Source of the DNA: Phycisphaeraceae bacterium
GTDB lineage: Bacteria; Planctomycetota; Phycisphaerae; Phycisphaerales; Phycisphaeraceae
DNA length: 64,000 nt
Direction: 5' to 3'
Assembly (NCBI GenBank): GCA_963674705.1
Contig: OY771506.1
Span: 4,992,001-5,056,000, forward strand
The notes under the pieces were generated by a model, which did not search any database, was not told the DNA's origin, and saw nothing but the letters and a program-made list of their open reading frames with translations. Both the position numbers and the translations under genes were made by a program. This document shows, piece after piece, positions 1 to 9,587 of the stretch. The stretch's first letter is position 1, and each line of letters starts with the position of its first letter.

Positions 1-3
1 GCC

Positions 4-354
4 ATGGATACCGAAGGAATCCAGATCGATCCGCATGGTGATTTGGCGATCCTCAAGATCGAGTCGCCGATGCTCACCAACCTCGAGGCCGACCGGCTGC
101 TCCAGGCGATGCGAGAGTATCACCTGCAGACCGGTTGCGTCCGCTTCGTCATCGACATGAGCCCGGTCGACTTCATCGACTCGGCCTGCATCGGCTCGCT
201 GGTCTCGTTCCTGATCGAGATCGACAAGCAAGGCGGCAAACTCATGCTTTCCGCCTGCCAGAGCAGCGTCGAAGAACTGCTGAAAATCACGGGCCTGACC
301 ACGCATATCAAGCTGGTCACCTCGATTGAAGAAGCCGAAAAACTGGCCGCGTGA
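4..354 (+). CDS. STAS-domain anti-sigma factor antagonist
   Basis: 116 aa; IDMSPVDFIDSACIGSLV matches the STAS phospho-serine motif; VEELLKITGL C-terminal motif. Confidence 0.88.
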   Translation: MDTEGIQIDPHGDLAILKIESPMLTNLEADRLLQAMREYHLQTGCVRFVIDMSPVDFIDSACIGSLVSFLIEIDKQGGKLMLSACQSSVEELLKITGLTTHIKLVTSIEEAEKLAA

Positions 355-391
355 TTCAATCCTGACACGCATGAACGAAAGACATCTTGCC

Positions 392-706
392 ATGCGGCTA
401 TTCCCCAGACATATCATGGGCCTGCTGCTTGTCTTCGCTGTATTGCTTACCGGCTGTGGCGAAGATCGCTTTGATCCGTCCAACCTCTCCAAGGGCATGG
501 ACCGCTCCGCCATCATCGCATACTACGGCACGCCGGATAAACGCAGCATCCACGAACACGCCGAACGCCTGACCTACAAGGACGGCGAACACTATCAGTA
601 CCTGCTCATGCTCGTTGATGGCAAACTTGAATACTGGACGCAGGACCGCATTTATCAGTCCACCCGTTTCAGCAACATCAAGACCTGGGAACAGGCCAGC
701 CGCTGA
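392..706 (+). CDS. small lipoprotein, SmpA/BamE-like
   Basis: lipobox LLTGC; LSKGMDRSAIIAYYGTPD resembles the LxxGMxxxxVxxxLGxP motif; start could be 371. Confidence 0.6.
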   Translation: MRLFPRHIMGLLLVFAVLLTGCGEDRFDPSNLSKGMDRSAIIAYYGTPDKRSIHEHAERLTYKDGEHYQYLLMLVDGKLEYWTQDRIYQSTRFSNIKTWEQASR

Positions 707-844
707 TCCACGGCCGATAATAAAGACAAATGTCTAGATAACACCGCTTCGGACCTTTTCGCCGATCTATTGCTTAGTGCTGTCGATCGCGCAGCCCATG
801 CTGCCGTGATCCTGATGCCCGTCGTAGATTCAGCGGAGAGATTC

Positions 845-1120
845 ATGGCCGGTAAAACGATGACTTTCGGAGCCTGGAAACGCAAGGTAGGCAACGCTGT
901 GGAACTGCGGCGGGCCCCGGCCATGCTGAACCTGACACCCGCCGAAGTCGGCTCACTGGTCAAGCGAAAAAAACTCCCTATCCACTCCTTCCGTACGCCG
1001 GATGGCATCACCATCCGCCTCGTCCGCCGCGCCGACCTGGACATGGTCAAAGCCAGCATGCGTAAACCGCAACTGTGCGACCTTGTCTCCGCCTTGGAGG
1101 TCATGGCCGCCCAACCCTGA
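845..1120 (+). CDS. small excisionase/MerR-like HTH DNA-binding protein
   Basis: basic 91 aa; APAMLNLTPAEVGSLVKRKKLP...RLVRRADL fits the HTH_17 pattern. Confidence 0.5.
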   Translation: MAGKTMTFGAWKRKVGNAVELRRAPAMLNLTPAEVGSLVKRKKLPIHSFRTPDGITIRLVRRADLDMVKASMRKPQLCDLVSALEVMAAQP

Positions 1121-1148
1121 CCGTCATCACGCATCCGGAAACGTAAAC

Positions 1149-1826
1149 ATGAAAGCGATGAGGCGGGTCATCCTTCCACTGTTGTTGTGTATGCTCAGCT
1201 TTGCTGCGGGCTGTCATAACGCGGGCGTCGCACCGAAGGACTGGACCGGTTCACCCTACATCGCTGACGCCGAAGACGCACCAAACGCCACAGGCAAGCT
1301 CCAGGTCTTCATCTGCTACGGCCTCGTCCTCTCTAATCACACCGCACTCCGCCTGGAAACGCCCGACAAACCCACGCTCATGTGGGACCCCGGTGGCACG
1401 TTCAAACAAGATGACCCCGAATACGCTCGCAAGTATGACGTGCTGACACGCAACGCCTCGACCGTCGAACAATGGTGGTATTACCGCGGAAAAATGTGCA
1501 ACGAGCCGACCATGCACATGTACGAATGGTCGATCGATGCGGATCAGGCCGATCGCTTGCGCACGATTCTACTAACGCGTTACGATCCGCTCGATGAATC
1601 GCAGGAGTTCTGGCCGGACGCGAATGGCCTAGCCTGCTGTCGGCGTGTCAGCCAGTTCCTCATGCGTTTTGCGGATGGCAGACCCGGCGTCGACGAAGTC
1701 TACTTCTGGCCTCACAAACTCGGTGAACACCTCTGGACGCAAAAGCCCGACCGCGTCGTCATATTCAAAAAGAACGGCCCGATCACCGTCTATCAACTCG
1801 CCACCGACTCGCCACCCGTAAACTGA
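1149..1826 (+). CDS. hypothetical lipoprotein
   Basis: signal peptide with lipobox FAAGC; long ORF; HTAL...WDPGG motif. Confidence 0.65.
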   Translation: MKAMRRVILPLLLCMLSFAAGCHNAGVAPKDWTGSPYIADAEDAPNATGKLQVFICYGLVLSNHTALRLETPDKPTLMWDPGGTFKQDDPEYARKYDVLTRNASTVEQWWYYRGKMCNEPTMHMYEWSIDADQADRLRTILLTRYDPLDESQEFWPDANGLACCRRVSQFLMRFADGRPGVDEVYFWPHKLGEHLWTQKPDRVVIFKKNGPITVYQLATDSPPVN

Positions 1827-2743
1827 ATCAATAGCACGATCCCCAGAACAGCCACGACCGCCCCCGCCATCGCCCGCCACGTCACACGCTCGCCCATCAC
1901 CGCCGCGATCGGCAACACAAATAGTGTGCTGGTCGTCACCAGTGTCTGCGCGATCCCCGCCTTCGTGTGATCGATCGCGACCTGGTACAGCCAGATCCCT
2001 AAAAACGTGCCGAAGAAAACCGCTACCACAAACAGCCCCCATCTTGATAACGTCATCTTGGGCCGCTGTACTTTCGCCTTCGCGTCCATGTGCATCATCA
2101 CCGGCAATAAGAAGCACACCGCCACCACACCCGACATGATACGGATCAACGCCGCCACATCTGCACGAGCTTCCGAGTTCTCCATCGCATCGCGCGATAC
2201 CGTCGCCGCCACCGCCGCACATAATGAAAACGCGATCCCCCACATCACCCCCCTGCCCGTGTGATGCTCCGTTTCCGCAGGCCCTTTGATCTCCGCACGC
2301 TCCGTGATGACCCACGCCACCCCCGCCATCGTCGTGATGATCCCCACCCACGCCTGCCAGCGAAGTGTTTCCCCCGGGTAATACAGCCCGATCAACGCCG
2401 TCAACGGCGGCCCAAGCGTCGCCATCAACATCGCCCGCCGCGCGCCGAGTTGCCGAAGTGATGCAAAGAAACACGTATCGCCCAACCCGATCCCGATCAC
2501 CCCGCTGACCGCGAGCAGTGTGAATGTCTTGCTATCCATCGCCCCGAGCGGCTTGCCCGCCAGTAGCCATCCCGCCCCGATCATCAGCGCCAGCAGGAAA
2601 CTCGCGATCAGCCCTTTCAGCAGGTTCATCATCCCCGGCGACAACCGGTACCCGATCGGTCGATACATCACCGTCGACAGCGCCCAACAAAACGCCGCCG
2701 ACAACGCCATCAACTCGCCGAGATGTTTTTCAAATAGCACCAT
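1793..2743 (-). CDS. DMT/EamA family transporter
   Basis: about ten hydrophobic segments in two repeats; GIGLGDTCFF motif. Confidence 0.9.
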   Translation of the reverse strand: MVLFEKHLGELMALSAAFCWALSTVMYRPIGYRLSPGMMNLLKGLIASFLLALMIGAGWLLAGKPLGAMDSKTFTLLAVSGVIGIGLGDTCFFASLRQLGARRAMLMATLGPPLTALIGLYYPGETLRWQAWVGIITTMAGVAWVITERAEIKGPAETEHHTGRGVMWGIAFSLCAAVAATVSRDAMENSEARADVAALIRIMSGVVAVCFLLPVMMHMDAKAKVQRPKMTLSRWGLFVVAVFFGTFLGIWLYQVAIDHTKAGIAQTLVTTSTLFVLPIAAVMGERVTWRAMAGAVVAVLGIVLLIQFTGGESVAS

Positions 2744-2808
2744 ACACCGCCTGCTCCCTACTCAGCAGGCGGAGAATGTAGCACTAATTTCAATACGAAG
2801 GAAGATCA

Positions 2809-2974
2809 TTAGCCACCGATGAACACGGATAAACACAGATAAGAGAAAGAATTTAACTCGGATGAATCGGATGTATCGGATAAAGCTTCTAATTCCAGAT
2901 TTTACACGGATCCGATGTATCCGATGAATCCGAGCAATTGATATCTGTGTTCATCCGTGTTCATCGGTGGCTAA
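2809..2974. repeat. nested inverted repeat with 10-nt (outer) and 9-nt (inner) tandem arms
   Basis: 2809-2841 vs 2942-2974 inverted with 1 mismatch in 33 bp; 2857-2881 vs 2910-2934 inverted. Confidence 0.9.
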
Positions 2975-3012
2975 ATATGGTTTTAAGGAGTCGCTCTCTG
3001 CTTACTCCCACA

Positions 3013-3291
3013 TCATTCCATCTCCCCGACATCGACTTCATCCCAGTTGATATCCTTCATCGTTTCGCGGAAGTCCGCCAGGGCTTCCCGGGCCAGGTCG
3101 AGGTCTTTCTCCCAGACCATCACCTTGACCTCGCCGAAGGTTTCGGCGCGGAAGCCGGCGGTCAGGCCGCCCTCGGCGACGGCGTCGATGCCGCGGTCCT
3201 TCAGCGCCGCGATGATCATCTCCGCCTGGCCCTCGCCGGGCGTGGATGTCAGGGGTTTGAGGAAGTCGGTTTCATCAGACGGATGTGTCAT
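3013..3291 (-). CDS. DUF2007-like putative signal-transducing protein
   Basis: EGQAEMIIAALKDRGIDA...VKVMVWEKDLDLAREAL pattern; AGGAGAGG RBS upstream. Confidence 0.75.
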   Translation of the reverse strand: MTHPSDETDFLKPLTSTPGEGQAEMIIAALKDRGIDAVAEGGLTAGFRAETFGEVKVMVWEKDLDLAREALADFRETMKDINWDEVDVGEME

Positions 3292-3436
3292 GTACTTACC
3301 CTCTCCTGATGCGTGCAAATACTGTTTGCATCATTATAGCCTCCGATAAATACTTCCGGACTTTGGCATGCTATTATTTGTCTGATTCCCGGCACAAGGT
3401 GATATCCCATTAACTTCTGGCCGATAAGCTTTCGGT

Positions 3437-4051
3437 ATGACCACGGCTGCAAACAACCCGGCTGCGAATCACCCGGCATCCTCCGAGCCGCTATCCGAAC
3501 AGCATTACCGTGAGATGCGTGAAGCCAAGGTGCGGCGTAAAAAGATCGACGTCGCCATCGGTGTCGCCACGTTCAACGGCTGGAGCCTCGGGATCTTTGC
3601 GGGCCTCAGCGCGCTGATCCTGCCGTTCTCGATCAGCCTGCTGGGTGTGCTTATTACAGTGGGACTGGCCTGGGTCGCGTACACGGAATTCCAAGGCCGA
3701 ACCATGCTGCGCCAGTTGAATCCGGATGCGGCGAAAAAGTTAGCCTACAACCAGATCGCGCTGGCGGGAGTGATCGTGGGTTATTGCCTCTGGAACATCA
3801 TCGACACCGTCGCCGGTCCCGGCGCTTATGCGGAAGTCATCGAACGCAATCCCGAACTCGAGCAGATGCTCGGTGGCACGGGTGAAGTCATCCAAATGCT
3901 TACGGTAGTGGTTTACAGCGTCGTAATTGTGCTGACGATTCCCTACCAGGCGTTAATCGCCTGGTACTACTACAGCCGAGCAAAGCACATCCGGCAGTAT
4001 GTGAGTCAGACGCCGCGGTGGGTGACAAATCTACAAAAAGAAGCGGCGTAA
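3437..4051 (+). CDS. hypothetical membrane protein
   Basis: 204 aa, about four transmembrane segments. Confidence 0.7.
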   Translation: MTTAANNPAANHPASSEPLSEQHYREMREAKVRRKKIDVAIGVATFNGWSLGIFAGLSALILPFSISLLGVLITVGLAWVAYTEFQGRTMLRQLNPDAAKKLAYNQIALAGVIVGYCLWNIIDTVAGPGAYAEVIERNPELEQMLGGTGEVIQMLTVVVYSVVIVLTIPYQALIAWYYYSRAKHIRQYVSQTPRWVTNLQKEAA

Positions 4052-4122
4052 TACACGCGGTATAATGTGCAACCAGGTGTTTCAGGGGTAACAGGAAGTA
4101 TGCCAAGCGTACGGAGACGGAC

Positions 4123-4368
4123 ATGATCGGCTGCCGAGAATGTGGAGGCATCATCCGGGGAACGATGGGTGTAGCGCGTTCGGTTCTGGGTGTGCAGAAG
4201 TTATCACAAGGTGCGATTCGTCAACGCATGGACTTCTGCCGTGAATGCGAACATTCTGTGGCCTGTAAGCATAACGAACGACAAGTCTGCAAATGCAAGG
4301 CCTGCGGATGCTGGCTTAGCCTCAAGACGAAGTTGCGTAACGAACGATGTCCGATCGGTAAATGGTAA
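4123..4368 (+). CDS. small Cys-rich protein, DUF6171-like
   Basis: RMDFCRECEH...CKACGC...K..L...CPIGKW; GGAG RBS upstream. Confidence 0.65.
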   Translation: MIGCRECGGIIRGTMGVARSVLGVQKLSQGAIRQRMDFCRECEHSVACKHNERQVCKCKACGCWLSLKTKLRNERCPIGKW

Positions 4369-4559
4369 AGTTGCAGGCACTTCTTTTTATACACATTTTA
4401 ATGGTGTGATTCTTTGAATTGAGACCCGGTTTTATTTTCAGCCGTGTTAACAATTATCCTCAATTTAAACTGTAAAAATAGCCGATGTTCTGCCTAGGGT
4501 TAACCCCGCTTAATAAACGTCATTAGCGTACCATTCTTGTTTATCAACGGAGTTCTGCA

Positions 4560-5186
4560 ATGCCTGCGATGGGTCTAACTGTCTACGTACAGTTTCCGGG
4601 CAAATCCACAAAGCGTGTGCTACATCCGACCTTGGTCACGAATGTGTCCGGGTCCGATACGATGACGCTGTTGCCGGAAGACCAGTCATTGGCATTTGAA
4701 GTCGGGCAGGAGTTCCTGATCTTCTTCGAAAGATCGCGGCAGTTCATGCAACAGCCGGCCAGGGTCGAGGCCTTGATGGAAATCGAAGAAGGCACCGTCG
4801 TGGCTCTGAAAACCGTTGGTGAACCGGTCTCCGCAGAAGGCCGGCAGTGTTACCGGGTCAGCACGGTGTTGAGCGATCTGGCCGTGACTTTTGGTGGGCG
4901 AGAAAACTGCCCGTTGCGTGATGTCAGTGTCAGTGGCTTCGCGGTCAGTTCACCCGACAGCTACCACCAGGGCCAGATCGTGGACGCGGTGCTCCACTTC
5001 GAGGGTCAGCGTTTTTCCGGGCAAGTGAGTATCCAGAGTATCGCAACATTACCGGACGGCTCGACACGCTACGGGGTTAACTGCGTGAAGTCCAAGCCCG
5101 CGTCGGATTCATTAAGCAAAGGTGTCCAGCACATCAGCATGGCGATCCAACGCCAGCAACTTAACCGCATGGCCGGCGGCGCCTGA
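4560..5186 (+). CDS. PilZ-domain (YcgR-like) c-di-GMP-binding protein
   Basis: RQCYR (RxxxR) and DVSVSG (DxSxxG) motifs in the C-terminal half. Confidence 0.75.
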   Translation: MPAMGLTVYVQFPGKSTKRVLHPTLVTNVSGSDTMTLLPEDQSLAFEVGQEFLIFFERSRQFMQQPARVEALMEIEEGTVVALKTVGEPVSAEGRQCYRVSTVLSDLAVTFGGRENCPLRDVSVSGFAVSSPDSYHQGQIVDAVLHFEGQRFSGQVSIQSIATLPDGSTRYGVNCVKSKPASDSLSKGVQHISMAIQRQQLNRMAGGA

Positions 5187-5285
5187 TTCAACTGGATTAC
5201 TCTGTCTTTCAAACCGATGTCAATTGTTGGGGTGTGAAATCCCTAAGGGTTACGCACCGTGTTTATCGGTCCTACAAAGATTGCC

Positions 5286-5909
5286 ATGCTAGAAGTCAAT
5301 CTGCTACATATCGACAAGAGCAAGATCGCCAGGAACCTGCTTGCCAAGGGATTGGATTCCATCGCCAACATCACCGGCGTGGGTTCGTTGGCTGAAGCGA
5401 GACAAGAGATCGCCAAGGGGTCTCACAACTTCATCATTCTCGATTACGAGCTGCCTGATGGGGACGGCCTGACGTTCGCAGAAGAAGTCCGCAAACACCC
5501 GGATCACGCCAAAACACCGATCATCCTCTACACGGCTTCGTTGAATAACGAACTGGAATACCGCGCGATGCAGGCGGGCATCAATGAAGGGCTGCACAAG
5601 CCGGTCGACATGTTTGAAATGATGCAGCACGTCGTCAAGCAGATCGAGCTACCACACGTCAAACGCATTCAAAGGCAACTATTACAACTGACTTGCTTCA
5701 GTTGGAAAGCCGACGGCAAATACCACGAATACTCCCCCGACCTGAACCTGCTGCTGACCGGAGACAACCTGCATGAACTCCGACAGCAGATGCACGGTGA
5801 ACTCGAAGAACAGGTGCTGGCCAAGGACGATCCGAGCAAGTATCCGGCGGAAATCGAGATGTACAAGCACGTCATCACCCTGCCGCCTAAAAACGAACAA
5901 GCAGCGTGA
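5286..5909 (+). CDS. response regulator (receiver domain plus unusual C-terminal domain)
   Basis: IILDYELPDGDG, PIILYTA and KP receiver motifs; alternative GTG start at 5259. Confidence 0.85.
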   Translation: MLEVNLLHIDKSKIARNLLAKGLDSIANITGVGSLAEARQEIAKGSHNFIILDYELPDGDGLTFAEEVRKHPDHAKTPIILYTASLNNELEYRAMQAGINEGLHKPVDMFEMMQHVVKQIELPHVKRIQRQLLQLTCFSWKADGKYHEYSPDLNLLLTGDNLHELRQQMHGELEEQVLAKDDPSKYPAEIEMYKHVITLPPKNEQAA

Positions 5910-5996
5910 CAGACCCGACGGAGGGACGGGTTTTCACGCTTGACTACATCTCATAATCAAGCATTCGAAATTCATCATAGACGCGGTGGTTGTGGA

Positions 5997-8900
5997 TCAC
6001 TCCCACAAACCGATCACCGGATCGTAGTCGGCCGCATCTTCCTCGACGAACGCGGAACGTGCTTCACTGCGCCAGGCAGCCAGCATTGCGCTGCTCGCCA
6101 CCGGTTCGGGAGTCTCGTCCAACGTAGACGCCGCCGTGGCCTCTGTCGAGGAAGCGGTAACCGGCTCGGTTACAGCAGAACCGACGGCGGCGGGTTGTGT
6201 GCCCGCGTTCCAGTTCGCCAGGACGATGTCCAGATCGTCCAACCCGACATACCCATCACCCGACAAATCAACCGCTGAATCCGCCGGCGGCACGGTCTGA
6301 TTCCAGCTTCCGAGCACCAGGTCCAGGTCACTGAGCCCCACGAAACCGTCACCATCAATATCGCCTACAAGTGTCGGCTCTGATTCATTAATCAATAAGG
6401 CATAATCACCGTAAGAGCCGATTTGCGCGCTGATAGCAACATACATCACACCATCACTGGTAGCGTTATACCCGACCTGTGCATGTGTCCCTCCGGTATT
6501 CGAGCCCGAGTCGTCACTGATGTAGTTGCCGCTGCCGTCATATAACGTGATCGCTGCGTCGGGTATCCCCAGATCAAATACCTGAATATCGTAATGCATA
6601 CCCGCTGATACATTGAAGCTGAAGTAATCCAGGTCGCTGTTGCTCTGGATACCACCGAACGCAGCACTTGATACCGGGCCGGTCGCTTCGGCAATTGTAT
6701 CACCGTGGTCGTCGGCTTCCTGGACACTCAGGATATACGTCCCGACGTCATCGATCGCAGCGATACGTATGTAATAGGTATCTGTATAAGATGGGGTGAA
6801 TGACAAGTTCGCCAGGATACCACCCGAAGCCGGCCCAACGTTTGACGCCAGTTGGGTACCTGCCTGAGTATACAAGGCAATCTGGGCCGAGGAAGCTGAA
6901 CCTGCGATAAGAGAAAACACGTACTCGGTACCCGATTCAAGGGATAGTTCAAACCAATCGGTATCCATGACCGTATCGATTGTGCCGATCGCCGCGGACG
7001 GCATGCTGGCCATGACGGTCGCGCTATCGTCATCGTTACCATGATCATCAGGTACGGTCGTGATCCCGTATTCGGCAAGCATTTCTGCAACCGTCCCGAA
7101 GAACACATCACCGTCAACGCCCCCGCTGATCCCCGGCACGGAGTCGCCGCCGCCGGAGTATTGCCAGAAGTCGTAACCGTTCCACACGCCGTCCGCATTA
7201 CCACCGGGCGGGCTGTCCGGATCGTTTGTCCAGTTCGCCAGCCACAGGTCATACACGTTGACACCGCTGGTGTACGCACTGGTCGCGTAATACGTATTGC
7301 TATAGATCAAGGGTTGAACGCCGGTGAGACGCTCGAATTCTTCCATGTAATCATGAATCCAGTTGGTCAATACCGTGTTATCCAGATCGATGGGGTAAGG
7401 CTCGTGCGGCGGCCCCGCTTCGATGTCGATCACCGGACGCAGATAACCATCCGTCAGATAAGGTGCGATCACGCTGGCGAACAGTTGGGCTTCTTCCACC
7501 GCGTCGTTGTAGCCGTCGGTCCAGGGTGTTACGAATTGATATGCACCGGCATAGATCCCCGCCGCCTTGGCTTGCACGATGTTGTAATAGAACCTTGTGT
7601 CGATCTCGCCATCGCGGTCAACCGCTCGAATAAACGCGAACTCTCGCCCGGATGCCGCAACCGTCGGCCAGTTGATCGTACCCTGCCACACCGACACGTC
7701 GATACCCAGGATATATCCACTGGTCGCAGCGGCAAGCGTCTCGCTCAACTCACCGCTGACCGCGTCTTCCACCGGCGCCGTACCCGCGTTCCAGTTCCCC
7801 AGCACGATGTCCAGGTCATCCAGGCCGACGAACCCGTCTCCCGAAGGATCGCCCGCAAGCCAATCGCCCGCTGTGACGCTCTGATTCCATGCACCCAGCA
7901 CGATGTCCATGTCGCTAAGCCCCACGAAACCGTCACCGTCCAGGTCGCCTATAAGCTGCGGATCGCTTTCAACCAATGTGATCGCGTAATCACCGAGAGT
8001 CCCGGCATTCGAATACACACTGATATACATCACGCCGTCACCCAAGGCACTCCAATCCATATGGACCAACGGGCTACTGCCGCCGTTACCTGTCGCTTGA
8101 GCGGTGATGGCACCCCCACTGTTGTACAGGTTCAGCACCGCGTCGGTCAGGTCCAGACCGATGATCTCAATGGTGTACTGCTTACCGGCCGTAGCGTTAA
8201 AGAAAAAGTAATCCTTGTCCGTTGCGGTCTGCAAACCCCCAAGCGCTAAACCTGAAGTCAGGTCAGTTGCTTCAGCGATCGAATCACCGTGGTCATCCGC
8301 TTCCTGAACCACCAGGTTGTAACTACCGATGCCTGATGAATCCACAGACAGGTAATACACCTGCGAGGAGACCGGCGTATACGTGATCTGCGCCAACGTA
8401 TCACCCGACGCCGGGCCCGAGTTCATCGTGATCTGGTTACCCAGATTCGTACGCAGCCGCAGTTCCGCCGAACTCAAACCATCCGTCAAAACACTGAAGC
8501 TGTACTCAACACCGGCTTCAAGGGTGACTTCAAACCAGTCGCTATCGTTGGTATTGCCGATCACACCCGCCGTCGTCGAAGGCAAGCCGATCACCGTCGC
8601 ACTCGCCACGTCATCCCCATGATCATCCGGCACGGTGCTGATCACGTACTTGGAGATAAACTCGTCGATGTTGCCGAGGAACACGTCCCCGTCAACGTTA
8701 CCGGAGATACCCGTCACACTCGTCGTGCTGGAGTATTGCCAGAGATCGTAGCTGTTCCAGATACCAGGCGCGGCAGGTGGGTTGTCAAAATCAGGGTCGC
8801 TGGGCCACCTCGGATACCACAAATCGTAAATGTTGACCGAACTATTCAACTCGCTGGTCGCGTAGGTCGTACCGGTGTAAATCACCGGGACAATCCCACC

Positions 8901-9452
8901 ACTAAGCGTAGCGAACGTATTCATGAACTCATGCACCCAGTTACTCATCTGGGTTACGGTCAGTGAATTCGATCCTTCCAGGTCAAGCACCGGACGCAGG
9001 TACCCGTCGGTCAGGTAATCATCGACCGCGGCATAGAAGTCCGTCGCCTCATCCGCTGCATCATTGACGCCACTGGTGTAAGGCGTCGCGAAGTGATAAC
9101 CCCCCACATAAAGCCCCGCATTATGTGCGCCGGCAACGTTGGTGTACCACTTCGGGTCGGTGTAATCCACACCTTCCGTCGCCTTGGCCCACACGAAATC
9201 GATGTCATTGTTGTTCGCGACGCTCGTCCAGTTGATCGTGCCCTGCCACTTGGACACATCGATACCGAAGACCAGGTCGCTCGTTGCCGCCGCCACCACC
9301 TCGGCCTGCTCAGCCTCGGCCGGCTGAACCACGTCCTGTGCATCGTATAGCGAAGCACTCAGCAGCAGTCGTTGTTCTAGTTCTTCTAAACCGTTGCCAT
9401 AGACGGATGAACGGCCGGCATTGGACCGGGTCTGCCCGAGGTCATAACTCAT
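5997..9452 (-). CDS. secreted tandem GH25 lysozyme with PPC-like and dockerin-like domains
   Basis: LEELEQRLLLSA planctomycete extracellular motif; two GH25 domains (GIDVS...PVLDLE / PVIDIE...WQYS); DDHG...D.D.F repeats; two GDGFVGL modules. Confidence 0.88.
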   Translation of the reverse strand: MSYDLGQTRSNAGRSSVYGNGLEELEQRLLLSASLYDAQDVVQPAEAEQAEVVAAATSDLVFGIDVSKWQGTINWTSVANNNDIDFVWAKATEGVDYTDPKWYTNVAGAHNAGLYVGGYHFATPYTSGVNDAADEATDFYAAVDDYLTDGYLRPVLDLEGSNSLTVTQMSNWVHEFMNTFATLSGGIVPVIYTGTTYATSELNSSVNIYDLWYPRWPSDPDFDNPPAAPGIWNSYDLWQYSSTTSVTGISGNVDGDVFLGNIDEFISKYVISTVPDDHGDDVASATVIGLPSTTAGVIGNTNDSDWFEVTLEAGVEYSFSVLTDGLSSAELRLRTNLGNQITMNSGPASGDTLAQITYTPVSSQVYYLSVDSSGIGSYNLVVQEADDHGDSIAEATDLTSGLALGGLQTATDKDYFFFNATAGKQYTIEIIGLDLTDAVLNLYNSGGAITAQATGNGGSSPLVHMDWSALGDGVMYISVYSNAGTLGDYAITLVESDPQLIGDLDGDGFVGLSDMDIVLGAWNQSVTAGDWLAGDPSGDGFVGLDDLDIVLGNWNAGTAPVEDAVSGELSETLAAATSGYILGIDVSVWQGTINWPTVAASGREFAFIRAVDRDGEIDTRFYYNIVQAKAAGIYAGAYQFVTPWTDGYNDAVEEAQLFASVIAPYLTDGYLRPVIDIEAGPPHEPYPIDLDNTVLTNWIHDYMEEFERLTGVQPLIYSNTYYATSAYTSGVNVYDLWLANWTNDPDSPPGGNADGVWNGYDFWQYSGGGDSVPGISGGVDGDVFFGTVAEMLAEYGITTVPDDHGNDDDSATVMASMPSAAIGTIDTVMDTDWFELSLESGTEYVFSLIAGSASSAQIALYTQAGTQLASNVGPASGGILANLSFTPSYTDTYYIRIAAIDDVGTYILSVQEADDHGDTIAEATGPVSSAAFGGIQSNSDLDYFSFNVSAGMHYDIQVFDLGIPDAAITLYDGSGNYISDDSGSNTGGTHAQVGYNATSDGVMYVAISAQIGSYGDYALLINESEPTLVGDIDGDGFVGLSDLDLVLGSWNQTVPPADSAVDLSGDGYVGLDDLDIVLANWNAGTQPAAVGSAVTEPVTASSTEATAASTLDETPEPVASSAMLAAWRSEARSAFVEEDAADYDPVIGLWE

Positions 9453-9587
9453 GCTGACATCCCTTTTCCTGGTTGTGTCTCAATCGCCCCGCCGTCAGGA
9501 ACTCGGCAGTGAGGCATTATTACATAAGAATACCCCGAATAATCTCGAAATTCCAGAAAAATCCGCGATTTGGGGCCAGAATCGGCC

